This document shows, in pieces, positions 1-12,707 of a stretch of DNA of 64,000 nt. The translations under genes were made by a program, and so were the position numbers. The first letter of the stretch is position 1, and each line of letters starts with the position of its first letter. Source of the DNA: Eledone cirrhosa (taxonomy: Eukaryota); contig OZ024754.1 of the NCBI GenBank assembly GCA_964016885.1, forward strand, positions 40,176,001 through 40,240,000, read 5' to 3'. The notes beneath the pieces were generated by a model. The model was not told where the DNA came from, made no database searches, and saw only the letters and a program-made list of their open reading frames with translations.

Positions 1-155
1 CGTATGCTTCCACCTCTCTCCACCTCGCTTAATAAATGGAAAATAATATAGATTTAGTTTATGGAAATTTTATAGAATGTGTACATCATATGTACTTCTG
101 TCTGCGTGTGTGTATATATGTGTGTGTGTGTGATTTAGCTGTATATACATCACTC

Positions 156-443
156 TCAGACCGGGTGATGTGTTGTTTCCTTGAGCAAGACACTTCATTT
201 CACATTGCTCCAGTTTACTCAGCTGTAGAAATGAGATGATAGGGACTGGGGTCCCTATCATTCCACTGCAAAGTGGTCGTGGAGGTGCCACGGTAAAAAA
301 AGCACCCAGTACTCACTGTAAATGAGGTTGGTGTTAGGAAGGGCATCCAGCTGTAGAAATCAAGCCAGAATCAGTTCCTGTCCCACCCTTGCAGCAAGGA
401 AAATCGGACGTAAAATGAAATGATGATGAAAATGATGATGATA
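156..443 (+). mobile_element. 5'-truncated tRNA-derived CORE-like SINE with RTE-type 3' tail (family B)
   Basis: Matches the full copy at 27780-28110 (CCTTGAGCAAGACACT core, GGTGTTAGGAAGGGCATCCAG tail, ends in (TGA)n). Confidence 0.8.
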
Positions 444-596
444 TATACATATATTTATTAAAATAACAGATTAAAGTTTAAGCAAAGAATTAAAGTTTAA
501 ACAAAGATTTGCTGCTTTCACCTTTAACGAGAAAGATCTCGTTAAGGGTGAAAGCAGCAATTCTTTGTTATTTTAATAAATATTTGCTCTACAGTT

Positions 597-670
597 TATA
601 TATATATATATATATATATTATCCTTGTCGAGCCCTCTTCGGATTTTAGTTTTCACATTTATTATTATTG

Positions 671-711
<41 letters not shown>

Positions 712-877
712 TGTGTGTGTATATGTGATTTAGTTGTATATATATATATTTATATATATGTGTGTGCGTGTGTGTGTGTATGTGATTTAGCTGTATATAT
801 ATATATTTATATATATGTGTGTGCGTGTGTGTGTATGTGTGATTTAGCTGTATATATATTTATATATATGTGTGTGT

Positions 878-944
<67 letters not shown>

Positions 945-963
945 ATTTAGCTGTATATATATT

Positions 964-998
<35 letters not shown>

Positions 999-1022
999 TT
1001 GTGATTTAGCTGTATATATATT

Positions 1023-1072
<50 letters not shown>

Positions 1073-1106
1073 TGTGTGTATGTGATTTAGCTGTATATAT
1101 ATATAT
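597..1106. repeat. Compound (AT)n/(GT)n microsatellite with recurring TGTGATTTAGCTG anchor
   Basis: Direct inspection; anchor recurs about 6 times. Confidence 0.9.
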
Positions 1107-1107
1107 A

Positions 1108-1281
1108 AAAAGATTCAGGACCCCGACTGCTGAGCTCCAGCTGTTTCGACAGCTAGAAAACTGTTGAAACGGCCGGAGCTCAGCCGTCGGGGTCCTGAAT
1201 CTTTTCCTATTACCCACTCTACTACCCCAAGTATCGAGTACTCTGGTAGGTTATGGTTCACCTGGTTATTATTATACCCTA

Positions 1282-1290
<9 letters not shown>
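1108..1290 (+). mobile_element. Fold-back element with 3' half of a hammerhead ribozyme, inserted in (AT)n (Penelope-like remnant)
   Basis: Inverted repeat 1108-1205; GAAA-CGGC..GCCG-TC at 1166-1188; downstream ACTC..GAGTAC hairpin; related copy at 49593-49730. Confidence 0.6.
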
Positions 1291-1330
<40 letters not shown>

Positions 1331-1414
1331 TGTGTGTGTGTATTGTTTTAGTTGTATAAATGGATTTAATATATGGAATCAGAACACCATTTATTCCACC
1401 CCTAGCACAATGGG

Positions 1415-1466
<52 letters not shown>

Positions 1467-1574
1467 AGCTTTCCAATATAAAAAAGAAATGAACAACAAC
1501 AAGCAAAAAACCTTCATTTAATTAATTTTTTAAATAATAGCCAAACTGTTACCGCTTCCAAATGATACTAGTTT

Positions 1575-3278
1575 AACTTGACCAGAGCTTTGTAAACTCC
1601 CATGTTGTAATTTACCTTGACCAGAGCTTTGTAAACTCCCATGTTGTAATTTACCTTGACCAGAGCTTTGTAAACTCCCATGTTGTAATTTACCTTGACC
1701 AGGTCTTTATAAACTCCCATGTTGTAATTTACCTTGACCAGGTCTTTATAAACTCCCATGTTGTAATTTACCTTGACCAGGTCTTTATAAACTCCCATGT
1801 TGTAATTTACCTTGACCAGGTCTTTATAAACTCCCATGCTGTAATTTACCTTGACCAGGTCCTTACAAACTCCCATGCTGTAATTTACCTTGACCAGAGC
1901 TTTGTAAACTCCCATGTTGTAATTTATCTTGACCAGGTCTTTATAAACTCCCATGCTGTAATTTACCTTGACCAGGTCTTTATAAACTCCCATGCTGTAA
2001 TTTACCTTGACCAGGTCTTTATAAACTCCCATGTTGTAATTTATCTTGACCAGGTCTTTATAAACTCCCATGCTGTAATTTACCTTGACCAGGTCTTTAT
2101 AAACTCCCATGCTGTAATTTACCTTGACCAGGTCTTTATAAACTCCCATGTTGTAATTTACCTTGACCAGGTCTTTATAAACTCCCATGCTGTAATTTAC
2201 CTTGACCAGGTCTTTATAAACTCCCATGTTGTAATTTACCTTGACCAGGTCTTTATAAACTCCCATGTTGTAATTTATCTTGACCAGGTCTTTATAAACT
2301 CCTATGCTGTAATTTACCTTGACCAGGTCTTTATAAACTCCCATGTTGTAATTTATCTTGACCAGGTCTTTATAAACTCCCATGCTGTAATTTACCTTGA
2401 CCAGGTCTTTATAAACTCCCATGTTGTAATTTACCTTGACCAGGTCTTTATAAACTCCCATGCTGTAATTTATCTTGACCAGGTCTTTATAAACTCCCAT
2501 GCTGTAATTTATCTTGACCAGGTCTTTATAAACTCCCATGTTGTAATTTACCTTGACCAGGTCTTTATAAACTCCCATGCTGTAATTTACCTTGACCAGG
2601 TCCTTACAAACTCCCATGCTGTAATTTACCTTGACCAGGTCTTTATAAACTCCCATGCTGTAATTTACCTTGACCAGGTCTTTATAAACTCCCATGTTGT
2701 AATTTATCTTGACCAGGTCCTTACAAACTCCCATGTTGTAATTTACCTTGACCAGGTCTTTATAAACTCCCATGTTGTAATTTATCTTGACCAGGTCCTT
2801 ACAAACTCCCATGTTGTAATTTACCTTGACCAGGTCTTTATAAACTCCCATGTTGTAATTTATCTTGACCAGGTCCTTACAAACTCCCATGTTGTAATTT
2901 ACCTTGACCAGGTCTTTATAAACTCCCATGTTGTAATTTACCTTGACCAGGTCTTTATAAACTCCCATGTTGTAATTTATCTTGACCAGGTCCTTACAAA
3001 CTCCCATGCTGTAATTTACCTTGACCAGGTCTTTATAAACTCCCATGCTGTAATTTACCTTGACCAGGTCTTTATAAACTCCCATGTTGTAATTTATCTT
3101 GACCAGGTCCTTACAAACTCCCATGTTGTAATTTACCTTGACCAGGTCTTTATAAACTCCCATGTTGTAATTTATCTTGACCAGGTCCTTACAAACTCCC
3201 ATGCTGTAATTTACCTTGACCAGGTCCTTACAAACTCCCATGCTGTAATTTACCTTGACCAGGTCCTTACAAACTCCC
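1575..3278. repeat. 39-bp minisatellite, about 43 copies
   Basis: Unit TTGACCAGGTCTTTATAAACTCCCATGTTGTAATTTACC with few variants; explains the 557-aa repetitive ORF. Confidence 0.95.
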
Positions 3279-3970
3279 TAGTTGTTCTCAATATATTTCT
3301 GACATTACAAGATAGACAGATAAACAACATATTTTGATAACCTTGTGATAATAAAATATAATTTTGTTTGGCCAGGTAAAAACAACAAAACAAAACAACA
3401 AAACAAGACAAGGCTGATAATCTCGGAGAATCAACTGATAAGGTAAAATAAATCCCACTGATTCCACTGAATATTGGTAGATTAGTTCAAGGATACTTGT
3501 ACATGGAACAATTGATTTGGAAATCAATTGTTACCACTTACAATATCGTTGTACTTATTTTATCAAATTAAGGCAGCAACATAACTGAGTTGTTAGAACA
3601 CCGGATAAATTGAATGTTTTGGTTATCTGTGCTCTGAGTTCCAATCCCATCGAGGTCAATTTTGCCTTTCATTTCTTCGAGGTCAATAAAAAAAAGTAGC
3701 AGTACAATATTGGGGGGGGGGGGGGTCAATTCTTCATCTATATCTCCTCTCCCTCTCACTTCGTTTCTCCCACTCCTACTCTGGAAGAAATCACATCCCC
3801 CCCCCCCCCCCCACATATATATATATATATACTAGAGAGTCAGGGTTAAATGGCTGATCTCTTGCCATCTCGACAGCAAATATATTTACACTCTGCTATC
3901 CCAGGTATTGAGTACTCTGCTGAAAAATGGTGGTACTAGTTTAATCCCCCCCCCCTCACACACTCTCTCA

Positions 3971-4004
<34 letters not shown>

Positions 4005-4071
4005 TATAATTGTTTCTACGTTTGGCACAAGGCCAGCAATTACCCAGATCATAAACAGACGTAACTATTAT

Positions 4072-4261
4072 AATTGTTTCTACGTTTGGCACAAGGCCAG
4101 CAATTACTCAGTGCATTACTGGTACTTTATTTTATCGACCCCGTAAGGATGAAAGCCAAAGTTAACCTTGGCGGGATTTGAACTCAGAATGGCAAGGGCC
4201 GTAACTCTAAGCGTCAAAGCATGGCGTCCGACCCTCTACCGACACTGCCAATCCGCCGCCC
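4072..4261 (-). mobile_element. tRNA-derived SINE (family A)
   Basis: On minus strand: A-box-like TGGCAGTRTCGG, B-box GAGTTCAAATCC, central YTTTCATCC..GTCGATAAAATAAAGTACC, tail GAAACAATT; about 20 copies in window. Confidence 0.85.
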
Positions 4262-4319
4262 TGTAACTATTATAATGATTAGGAATGAGGATTCAGTGTT
4301 GCATCAAACCATATTTAAT

Positions 4320-4413
4320 AACATATTACATATGTTTCACTATCAATCAGCTCAAGGCAAGATCTATTATAGATCAAACCTGACTCTGTAATCGAAAGTT
4401 CCTCAGATATGTT
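4320..4413 (-). ncRNA. Type I hammerhead ribozyme with 61-nt stem II insertion
   Basis: AACATAT-CTGAGGA-[61 nt]-GAAA-CATATG-TA-ATATGTT: perfect 7-bp stem I, palindromic stem III, GUA cleavage triplet. Confidence 0.75.
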
Positions 4414-4702
4414 TGGTATATGAGCTTGTCTCCGATATATATATATAAGCGGACGTAAAATGATGATGGTGATGATGATGATACATATATAAAGAGTAAA
4501 AAGTTGATGTCCTGACTCTTTGTAATATAACCATACTCTACTACCCCAAGTATCGAGTACTCCGTTAAGTCTAACCAGTTTCAAACCTGAATCTATCCTG
4601 ATTTATATATATATATATACCACCACCCCACTCTCAAGAGCGTGAAACTAATAAACCTTTGTTCGTACTGCCTCTCTGTTTTGTTACCGTTCAATTTTTT
4701 AC

Positions 4703-4712
4703 TATATATATA

Positions 4713-4765
<53 letters not shown>

Positions 4766-4834
4766 ATATTATATATATATATATTATATATATATATATT
4801 ATATATATATATATATTATATATATATATATATT

Positions 4835-4888
<54 letters not shown>

Positions 4889-4941
4889 ATATATTATATA
4901 TATATATATTATATATATATATATTATATATATATATATAT

Positions 4942-4972
<31 letters not shown>

Positions 4973-5029
4973 ATTATATATATATTATATATATGTATAT
5001 ATATATATATTATATATATATATATATAT

Positions 5030-5082
<53 letters not shown>

Positions 5083-5170
5083 ATTATATATATATATATA
5101 TTATATATATATATATATTATATTATATATATATATTATATATATATATATATTATATATATATATATAT

Positions 5171-5202
<32 letters not shown>

Positions 5203-5253
5203 ATATTATATATATATATATTAATATTATATATATATTATATATATATATAT

Positions 5254-5287
<34 letters not shown>

Positions 5288-5376
5288 ATATTATATATAT
5301 ATATATATTATATATATATATATATTATATATATATATATTATATATATATATATATTATATATATATATTATATA

Positions 5377-5447
<71 letters not shown>

Positions 5448-5485
5448 ATTATATATATATAATATATATATATATATAATATATA

Positions 5486-5558
<73 letters not shown>

Positions 5559-5560
5559 AT

Positions 5561-5591
<31 letters not shown>

Positions 5592-5609
5592 ATTATATAT
5601 ATATATTTT

Positions 5610-5640
<31 letters not shown>

Positions 5641-5642
5641 AT
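4703..5642. repeat. ~940-bp interrupted (AT)n microsatellite
   Basis: Direct inspection. Confidence 0.95.
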
Positions 5643-5976
5643 TAATTGGTGTTGGATGCTTAAAAGTGTCCGTATGTGGTAGGCCGTTTGAGCACTTGAT
5701 GCTCTCATAGAGCAGAGTATGATATCACAGAAAAAAAGAGAATCCATGTTGCCAGCAGTTCAAGCAAAAAACCCCTTACCTCCTACAGTAGCAATTCCGA
5801 TCTAAGAAACAAATTTGATGGAGAATGAAAAGAACCAAATAGTGGACATCCATGAGTGGCTAGAAATATCGATGATGTGTACAATTCTTGACCACTCATG
5901 GAATGACAACAACAGGATCTAAGCCGACAGGCGAAGTATATCGATGTAAAAAGACATTAGGAAAATCTGCTTCAAA

Positions 5977-6072
5977 GACGTATCTGAAGACCTTGCGATT
6001 TTCAGAGTCAGGTTTGATCACCACATCGATCGTGCCTCGAGCTGGTCGCCAGAGAAATCATTGTAATATGTC
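5977..6072 (+). ncRNA. Type I hammerhead ribozyme with 63-nt stem II insertion (homolog of 4320-4413)
   Basis: GACGTAT-CTGAAGA-[63 nt]-GAAA-TCATTG-TA-ATATGTC; compensatory changes relative to the 4320 copy; base of stem II mismatched. Confidence 0.68.
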
Positions 6073-6229
6073 CAATAAATTCCATTCGTCGCAACACTGA
6101 TTCCCTTTTTTTATGTGATATCATCATCATCATCATCATCAATGTTTAACGTCCGTGTTCCACGCTTGCATGGGTTTGGACGGGGGTTTTCCCACTTGAG
6201 GCAAGAGTGATTGTCTTGCTCGCATAGGA

Positions 6230-6289
<60 letters not shown>

Positions 6290-6382
6290 TATATATATAT
6301 ATACACATATATATATATATATATACACATATATATACACATTTATATATATATATATACACACATATATATATATATAAAC

Positions 6383-6413
<31 letters not shown>

Positions 6414-7457
6414 TATAAGCAAGTCTAAACATAGACCTGTGAAGACTTTGGCAATGGCCCAGTGAAAGTTTTATGAAAGTTTTATCTTTCACCTCGTCTC
6501 ATTATTTTAGACTTTCAAACACACCAGACAAGAAGTATATTTAACTTCTCTTAAAACTTCTTATACAACATCAAAAGAGATATTTACTTTTGTAACTACT
6601 TCAATCTGTTGCTATATGTTACTGCGTGAAAAATACAGCTGCTGTCAGAAGAGGACTGGGTCTTAAAACAGGTGGAGTGCTCACCTTGACGTAATAATTA
6701 TTTCTAACAGACTGAGATGGTATGGACATGTGATGTACATGGAGGATGACTGCTGGTTGAAGAAGTGTCAAGTAAACCCACGCACCATCATATCTGAAAC
6801 GGAGTAACTATTATACGCACAAACATTATAGATATCCCGGTCCCCAAAGAAATTATTTAATAGGTTGACAAATACCTGTCTCTTCTAAAATGGAAGCCTT
6901 TGCAAGAAAAAAAAAAAACTGGTCAATTGATCAGCTAGAAGCAGCAGACAAATTTCCCTCAAATCACATCCTATCCTCTTAAAAAATGACAATGTAGTTA
7001 TCAATTTCTAGCAGAACGTTCAACCAAATAGAGGTCTCCCCTCTTTTGCTTGTGAACTTAAAATTTGTTAATGTTCGTAGTACCAAACAATTGTTTATAA
7101 TTATTTCTCATTTGGCTAAAATAAGCAAGAAAAAGGATTATTCAGGCCTTTAACTTGTGATAGCATCGTAGGGACCCCATCATAACATATTGAGACATTT
7201 AAATCTGGCCATCAATCTCTTGGTCAGAACAAAACCGATGTCTTCCAGAGGCTGACAGAGAGAGAGAGAGAGAGAGAACGTGGGATATAGAAAGAAATGA
7301 ACCCCAGTACTAGACTGGTACTTTACTTATTGACCTCAAAAGGATGAAAGGCAAAGTTGACCGCAACAGGATTTGAACTCTGAGCACAGAAAAGCCAAAA
7401 GGAAGAGTCCAAAACATTCTGTCCGACATTCCACTTAATATAAATAACATTTATACA

Positions 7458-7630
7458 ATAATTGTTTCTACTATTGGCACAAGGCCAGCAATTACCCCAG
7501 TGTATTACTGGTACTTTATTTTACCGACCCCGTAAGGATGAAAGGCAAAGTTAACCTCGGCGGGATTTCAACTCAGGCCGTAAAGGGACGTAACTCTATG
7601 CTGCAAAGCATGGCGTCTGACCCTCTACTG
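7458..7630 (-). mobile_element. SINE family A copy
   Basis: Near identity to 4072-4261. Confidence 0.85.
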
Positions 7631-7959
7631 GACCGTGTATAACATTTATGCAATAATGGTGGAATATTCCCCCAGAAAAACGATTGATTAAGAAATATAG
7701 TCACACTTACCATTTTTGTAATCCCACATCAACAGTAAGAACATAGAAACAGTTTGGGATTTAGATGGGAAAAAACACCGTATTTTCTGGGGGTTTCAGG
7801 GTTCTCTGTATGGAAGATATATATATGTGTGTGTGTGTATAGATATATGTATATGTATATGTGTATATATAATGTGTGTGTTTATTAAGGCCAGCTACAA
7901 CAGAGACAGACTTGTTCTATATCTGGATATTTCTACCAAGTTATTACCACTATATATAT

Positions 7960-8010
<51 letters not shown>

Positions 8011-8016
8011 AATAAA

Positions 8017-8063
<47 letters not shown>

Positions 8064-8104
8064 GTATATATATGTGTATATATATGTGTATATATATGTG
8101 TATA

Positions 8105-8175
<71 letters not shown>

Positions 8176-8239
8176 CGTGAAGTTGTATATCTGGCAACAG
8201 ACAGTATGTTAATAAATAAATATATATATATAAATATCA

Positions 8240-8292
<53 letters not shown>

Positions 8293-8914
8293 ACTCAGTC
8301 CATGGGACGAGTTTGGTAGTAGTACTACTGTTAGAAGTGGTAGAAAGAGAAAGAGAGAGAGAGAGGTGTGTGTGTGTATTCCTGAATGTTTTCTCTCTTT
8401 TTTTTTTTCTTTACAGGTCTGCAATACTAATTATTTTCCAAATTGTCATTCACTGAAACCAACACAGCCACCCAGCCACACAACACTAATGGCCGACCTA
8501 CCAGACCAAAGTGATATTGTCGCGTTGGTGTGGTCGTTTGTTTTTTTTAAAGTTAGCTCCTGGCAACAAATACATAAAGCCATTGAGGTTATGACATAAT
8601 AATTCCTCCCCATTAACTTTTGTCCTTTCAAGTAGAAGAAATAGAGCTTTCTCTTATCATTTTTTCTTCTTTTTCCTTCCAACAGTGCATATCTTGTTCA
8701 CTGTTGTCAACCTAGTCAATGGATTTATTCTCAGATAACTTAAAGGCTTACATTCAAAACACGCCAACTATTGTTCTGAAAGCCCACATTCTACACATCA
8801 ATATTTGTTTTTATATTGCTTAAAGCCCTTCTCCCCTTTCATTGATAAATAGCTCTGCAAACAACGAGCCAAGGAGAGAGTCAGCCCTTTAAAGCTGTTG
8901 TAAGAAATAGTTGC

Positions 8915-9200
8915 TAAATCTCCCTCATATCTGCTGAAATCTCTCTCACATCTGCTGAAATCTCTCTCACATCTGCTGAAATCTTCCTCACATCTGCTGA
9001 AATCTCCCTCATAGATCTGCTCAAACGCACCCCGCCCCCACCCCAGATCTGTTCAAATCTCCTTCATGTCTGCCCCCCCCCCTCCCAATCTGCTCAAATA
9101 TCCTTCACATCTACTCAAATTTCCCTCAGATCAGCTCAAATCTTTCTGAAATCTGCTCAAATCTCTCTCACATCCGCTCAGATCTATTCAAATCTCACTC
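8915..9200. repeat. Degenerate ~20-bp tandem repeat (TCTGCTGAAATCTCTCTCACA-like)
   Basis: Direct inspection. Confidence 0.75.
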
Positions 9201-9287
9201 AGAATGTTAGGGTCTGACTTGGAAGCTTTGTGGGAGGGAGGGGTCTGTTCTGGTTTATGAGATCTCGTATGAAATCATGTGGCCAAA

Positions 9288-10271
9288 AACACTATGGGGC
9301 TTCTGCCAAGAGTTGTGACCAGGAAATAGTATGAGGATCGCCTGAAAAGTTCGTAGGCAGACCAAGATACTCTCATGGAATGACCAAATGAGGTTTATTT
9401 TTCAACATAGTCCCTGGAAAGAAACATTGCAGTTATTAATAAGAAGAGTTGAAATTAACCCGAGACCCCAAAGAGTCGGAAGATGGTAAAGTTTGACAAT
9501 CTACTTTAATCTCAGCCACAGATCTTTATTTTCGATAACTTTCCCTGGTTTGAAGAACATCCAGCATTTACCAATATTTGCTAGAATAAATGTCAAATCA
9601 AAACCTTTTTTTTGCCAAAATGTGTATGTGTGTGTGTGTGAGTGTATGTGCGGGTGTGTGTGTGTGTGTGTGTGAGAGTGTATGTGTATGCATGAGTGTG
9701 TGTGTGAGTGTATGTGCATGCATGTGTATGTGTGCGTGTATATGTGTGTGTGTGTATATATATATGTATGTGTGTGTGTGTGTGTGTTCGTGTGTGTATG
9801 TGTGTAAGAGTGTGTACGTGTGTGTGTATGCGCACACACACACACACACACGTACACACTCTTACACACATACACACACGAACACACACACACACACATA
9901 CATATATATATACACACACACACACACATACATACACATTTTGGAAAAAAAAAGGTTTTGATTTGACATTTATTCTAGCAAATATTGGTAAATGCTGGAT
10001 GTTCTTCAAACCAGGGAAAGTTATCGAAAATAAAGATCTGTGGCTGAGATTAAAGTAGATTGTCAAACTTTACCATCTTCCGACTCTTTGGGGTCTCGGG
10101 TTAATTTCAACTCTTCTTATTAATAACTGCAATGTTTCTTTCCAGGGACTATGTTGAAAAATAAATCTCATTTGGTCATTCCATGAGAGTATCTTGGTCT
10201 GCCTACGAACTTTTCAGGCAATTCTCATACTATTTCCTGGTCACAACTCTTGGCAGAAGCACCATAGTGTT
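9288..10271. repeat. ~980-bp near-perfect palindrome centred in a (GT)n/(AC)n tract
   Basis: 9288-9625 is the reverse complement of ~9935-10271 with few substitutions; microsatellite interruptions are also mirrored around TGCGCA at 9829-9834. Confidence 0.92.
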
Positions 10272-10554
10272 CACTCTCTCACTCACACTTACACTCACAC
10301 ACACACACGTTTACATAGCTACATAGATTCATATCTCGAGAAGATTTTTAGTATGATAGATGTCGCAATCTGTGGAAAGTACTGATCAACACATCAGGCA
10401 GCCAGCCTAGACTTGTGGCTGTTAATCTTCCAGTCACATGATAACTTAGAAGTGTAACTTCTGGAATACTTTCTTTGATAAATCTATTTACTACAGGCTG
10501 TAGGAATTCTTATCTTTTGTGTTGTTGTAGCTTTTTTCATATTATAATAATAAT

Positions 10555-10745
10555 AATTGTTTCTACTTTTGGCACAAGGCCAGCAATAACCCAGTACATT
10601 ACTGGTACTTTATTTTATCGAGCCCGTAAGGATGAAAGGCAAAGTTAACCTCGGCGGGATTTGAACTCAGATCATAAAGGACCGTAACTCTATGCTGCAA
10701 AGCATGGTGTCCAACCCTCTACCGATACTGCCAATCCACCACCCT
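10555..10745 (-). mobile_element. SINE family A copy
   Basis: Near identity to 4072-4261. Confidence 0.85.
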
Positions 10746-11093
10746 ATTATTAATAATAATAATAATAATGAAATGATTGTGTACAGTGCTCAGGTGCACT
10801 ACAACTCATCAAAGGTGCATGCATAGTACATAGAATAATGTACAAATGTCAGGGAAGTGAACAGTGTGTGAGTCGTGATATACATGTGTGCGTGTGTATG
10901 GAGGGGGGACATCAGGTATCTCTTCTACACACACACATATTTTACCTTTAATTTCCCACAAAACCAATGAACCAATCATATGCAAGGAAAATATCACAGA
11001 TTTTAGCGCCTTTCATCAATCATAGCTAAAAAATTCAAACATTTTCTATCAGCTGGTTTCTTATCAATAGTGTGTGTATATATATATATATAC

Positions 11094-11142
<49 letters not shown>

Positions 11143-11155
11143 CACACACACACAC

Positions 11156-11198
<43 letters not shown>

Positions 11199-11338
11199 CA
11201 CATATATATATATATCATATATATATATATGTGTGTATATATATATATATATATACACACATATTTATACATATATATACACAGATATATTTATATACAT
11301 ATATATATACATATATATATACATATATATACATATGT

Positions 11339-11381
<43 letters not shown>

Positions 11382-11951
11382 TACACATATATACACATAT
11401 ATATACATATATATATACATATATATACATATATATATATATATATATTTATATATACATATATATAGATAAATATATACATATATATATATATAGATAA
11501 ATATAGATATAGATATAGATATATACATACACACACACATATATATATATATATACATACGATTAGTGTCATTATTTTGTTTTGTTTAGTTTTATTTTAA
11601 TATCCATTTGTTTGTTTTTTTTGTTGGAGGGACGGGGTGTTTATTACTAATAATCAGTTTATTAACTTTGACCCGGTCAGATTGTTTTTATTGGTTGATG
11701 AGAAAATAAATATTTACATCACACTCAACCGAGAGTATTTTCTGTCAAAGCAAAAGGGATTTGATCAGACACGTTCGTTACATCTTCCTATGACGGTTCT
11801 ATCTCGTTAACAAGCCACTTGTAAAAAGCTTATGAGTGCTACCAAACACCGAGAATGTTTAGTTCAAAAGGTAAATGTTTACACTTTAAAAAATACCCAT
11901 TCATATTTTCAGCTGTTATTAGTTTATGTATATATATATATATATCTATCT

Positions 11952-12150
11952 AAGGCGGGTAAAATTCCCGAGATCCATGGACGAGTTCTCTCCAGCGGTC
12001 TCTGTCCCTCATTATCGCCACTGCCATATCCTGCATCTCCAACAGACCAGTGTCTGTCCTTAGGGCATCAACATATGTTAACCTTGGTCTTCCTCTTCTA
12101 GTGTGTCCATATAGGGGCTCCCAAAGGAGCACTGAGTGCAGTCTCAACTC
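11952..12150 (-). mobile_element. 3' fragment of an RTE-type LINE
   Basis: Translates [37 protein letters not shown], a typical RTE C-terminus. Confidence 0.75.
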
Positions 12151-12163
12151 TGGAGAGAGAGAG

Positions 12164-12390
<227 letters not shown>

Positions 12391-12707
12391 GAGGTACATG
12401 GCCTAGTGGTAAGAGTGTTGGACTTACGACCATAATGTTGTGGGTTCGAATCCTGGGTTGGGTGTTGTGTTCTTGAGCAAAACACTTCATTTCACGTTGC
12501 CCCAGTATACTCAGCTGAAAATGAGTACCAGCAATAGCTGGAGGTTTAACCCTGTGATGGACTGTTTTTCTTTTTTTTCCCTTTCTTTGATTCGTCAAAG
12601 TGATACACACACACAAATATTTATATATATTTATATATACTCACACACACACACACACACACAAATGTGTATGTATGTATGTATATATATATATATATAT
12701 GTATATA

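Noticed and set aside
1568-3241. 557-aa ORF of 13-aa repeats
   Set aside because: It is a 39-bp minisatellite with no unique N- or C-terminus and no splice context; a 3n unit without stops stays open trivially.
4642-5682. 346-aa Ile/Tyr ORF and the many similar YI/CV/TH ORFs
   Set aside because: Translations of (AT)n, (GT)n and (AC)n microsatellites.
8418-8599. Possible plus-strand exon after a strong polypyrimidine-CAG acceptor
   Set aside because: No recognisable protein and no convincing partner exon; acceptor-like tracts are common in this DNA.
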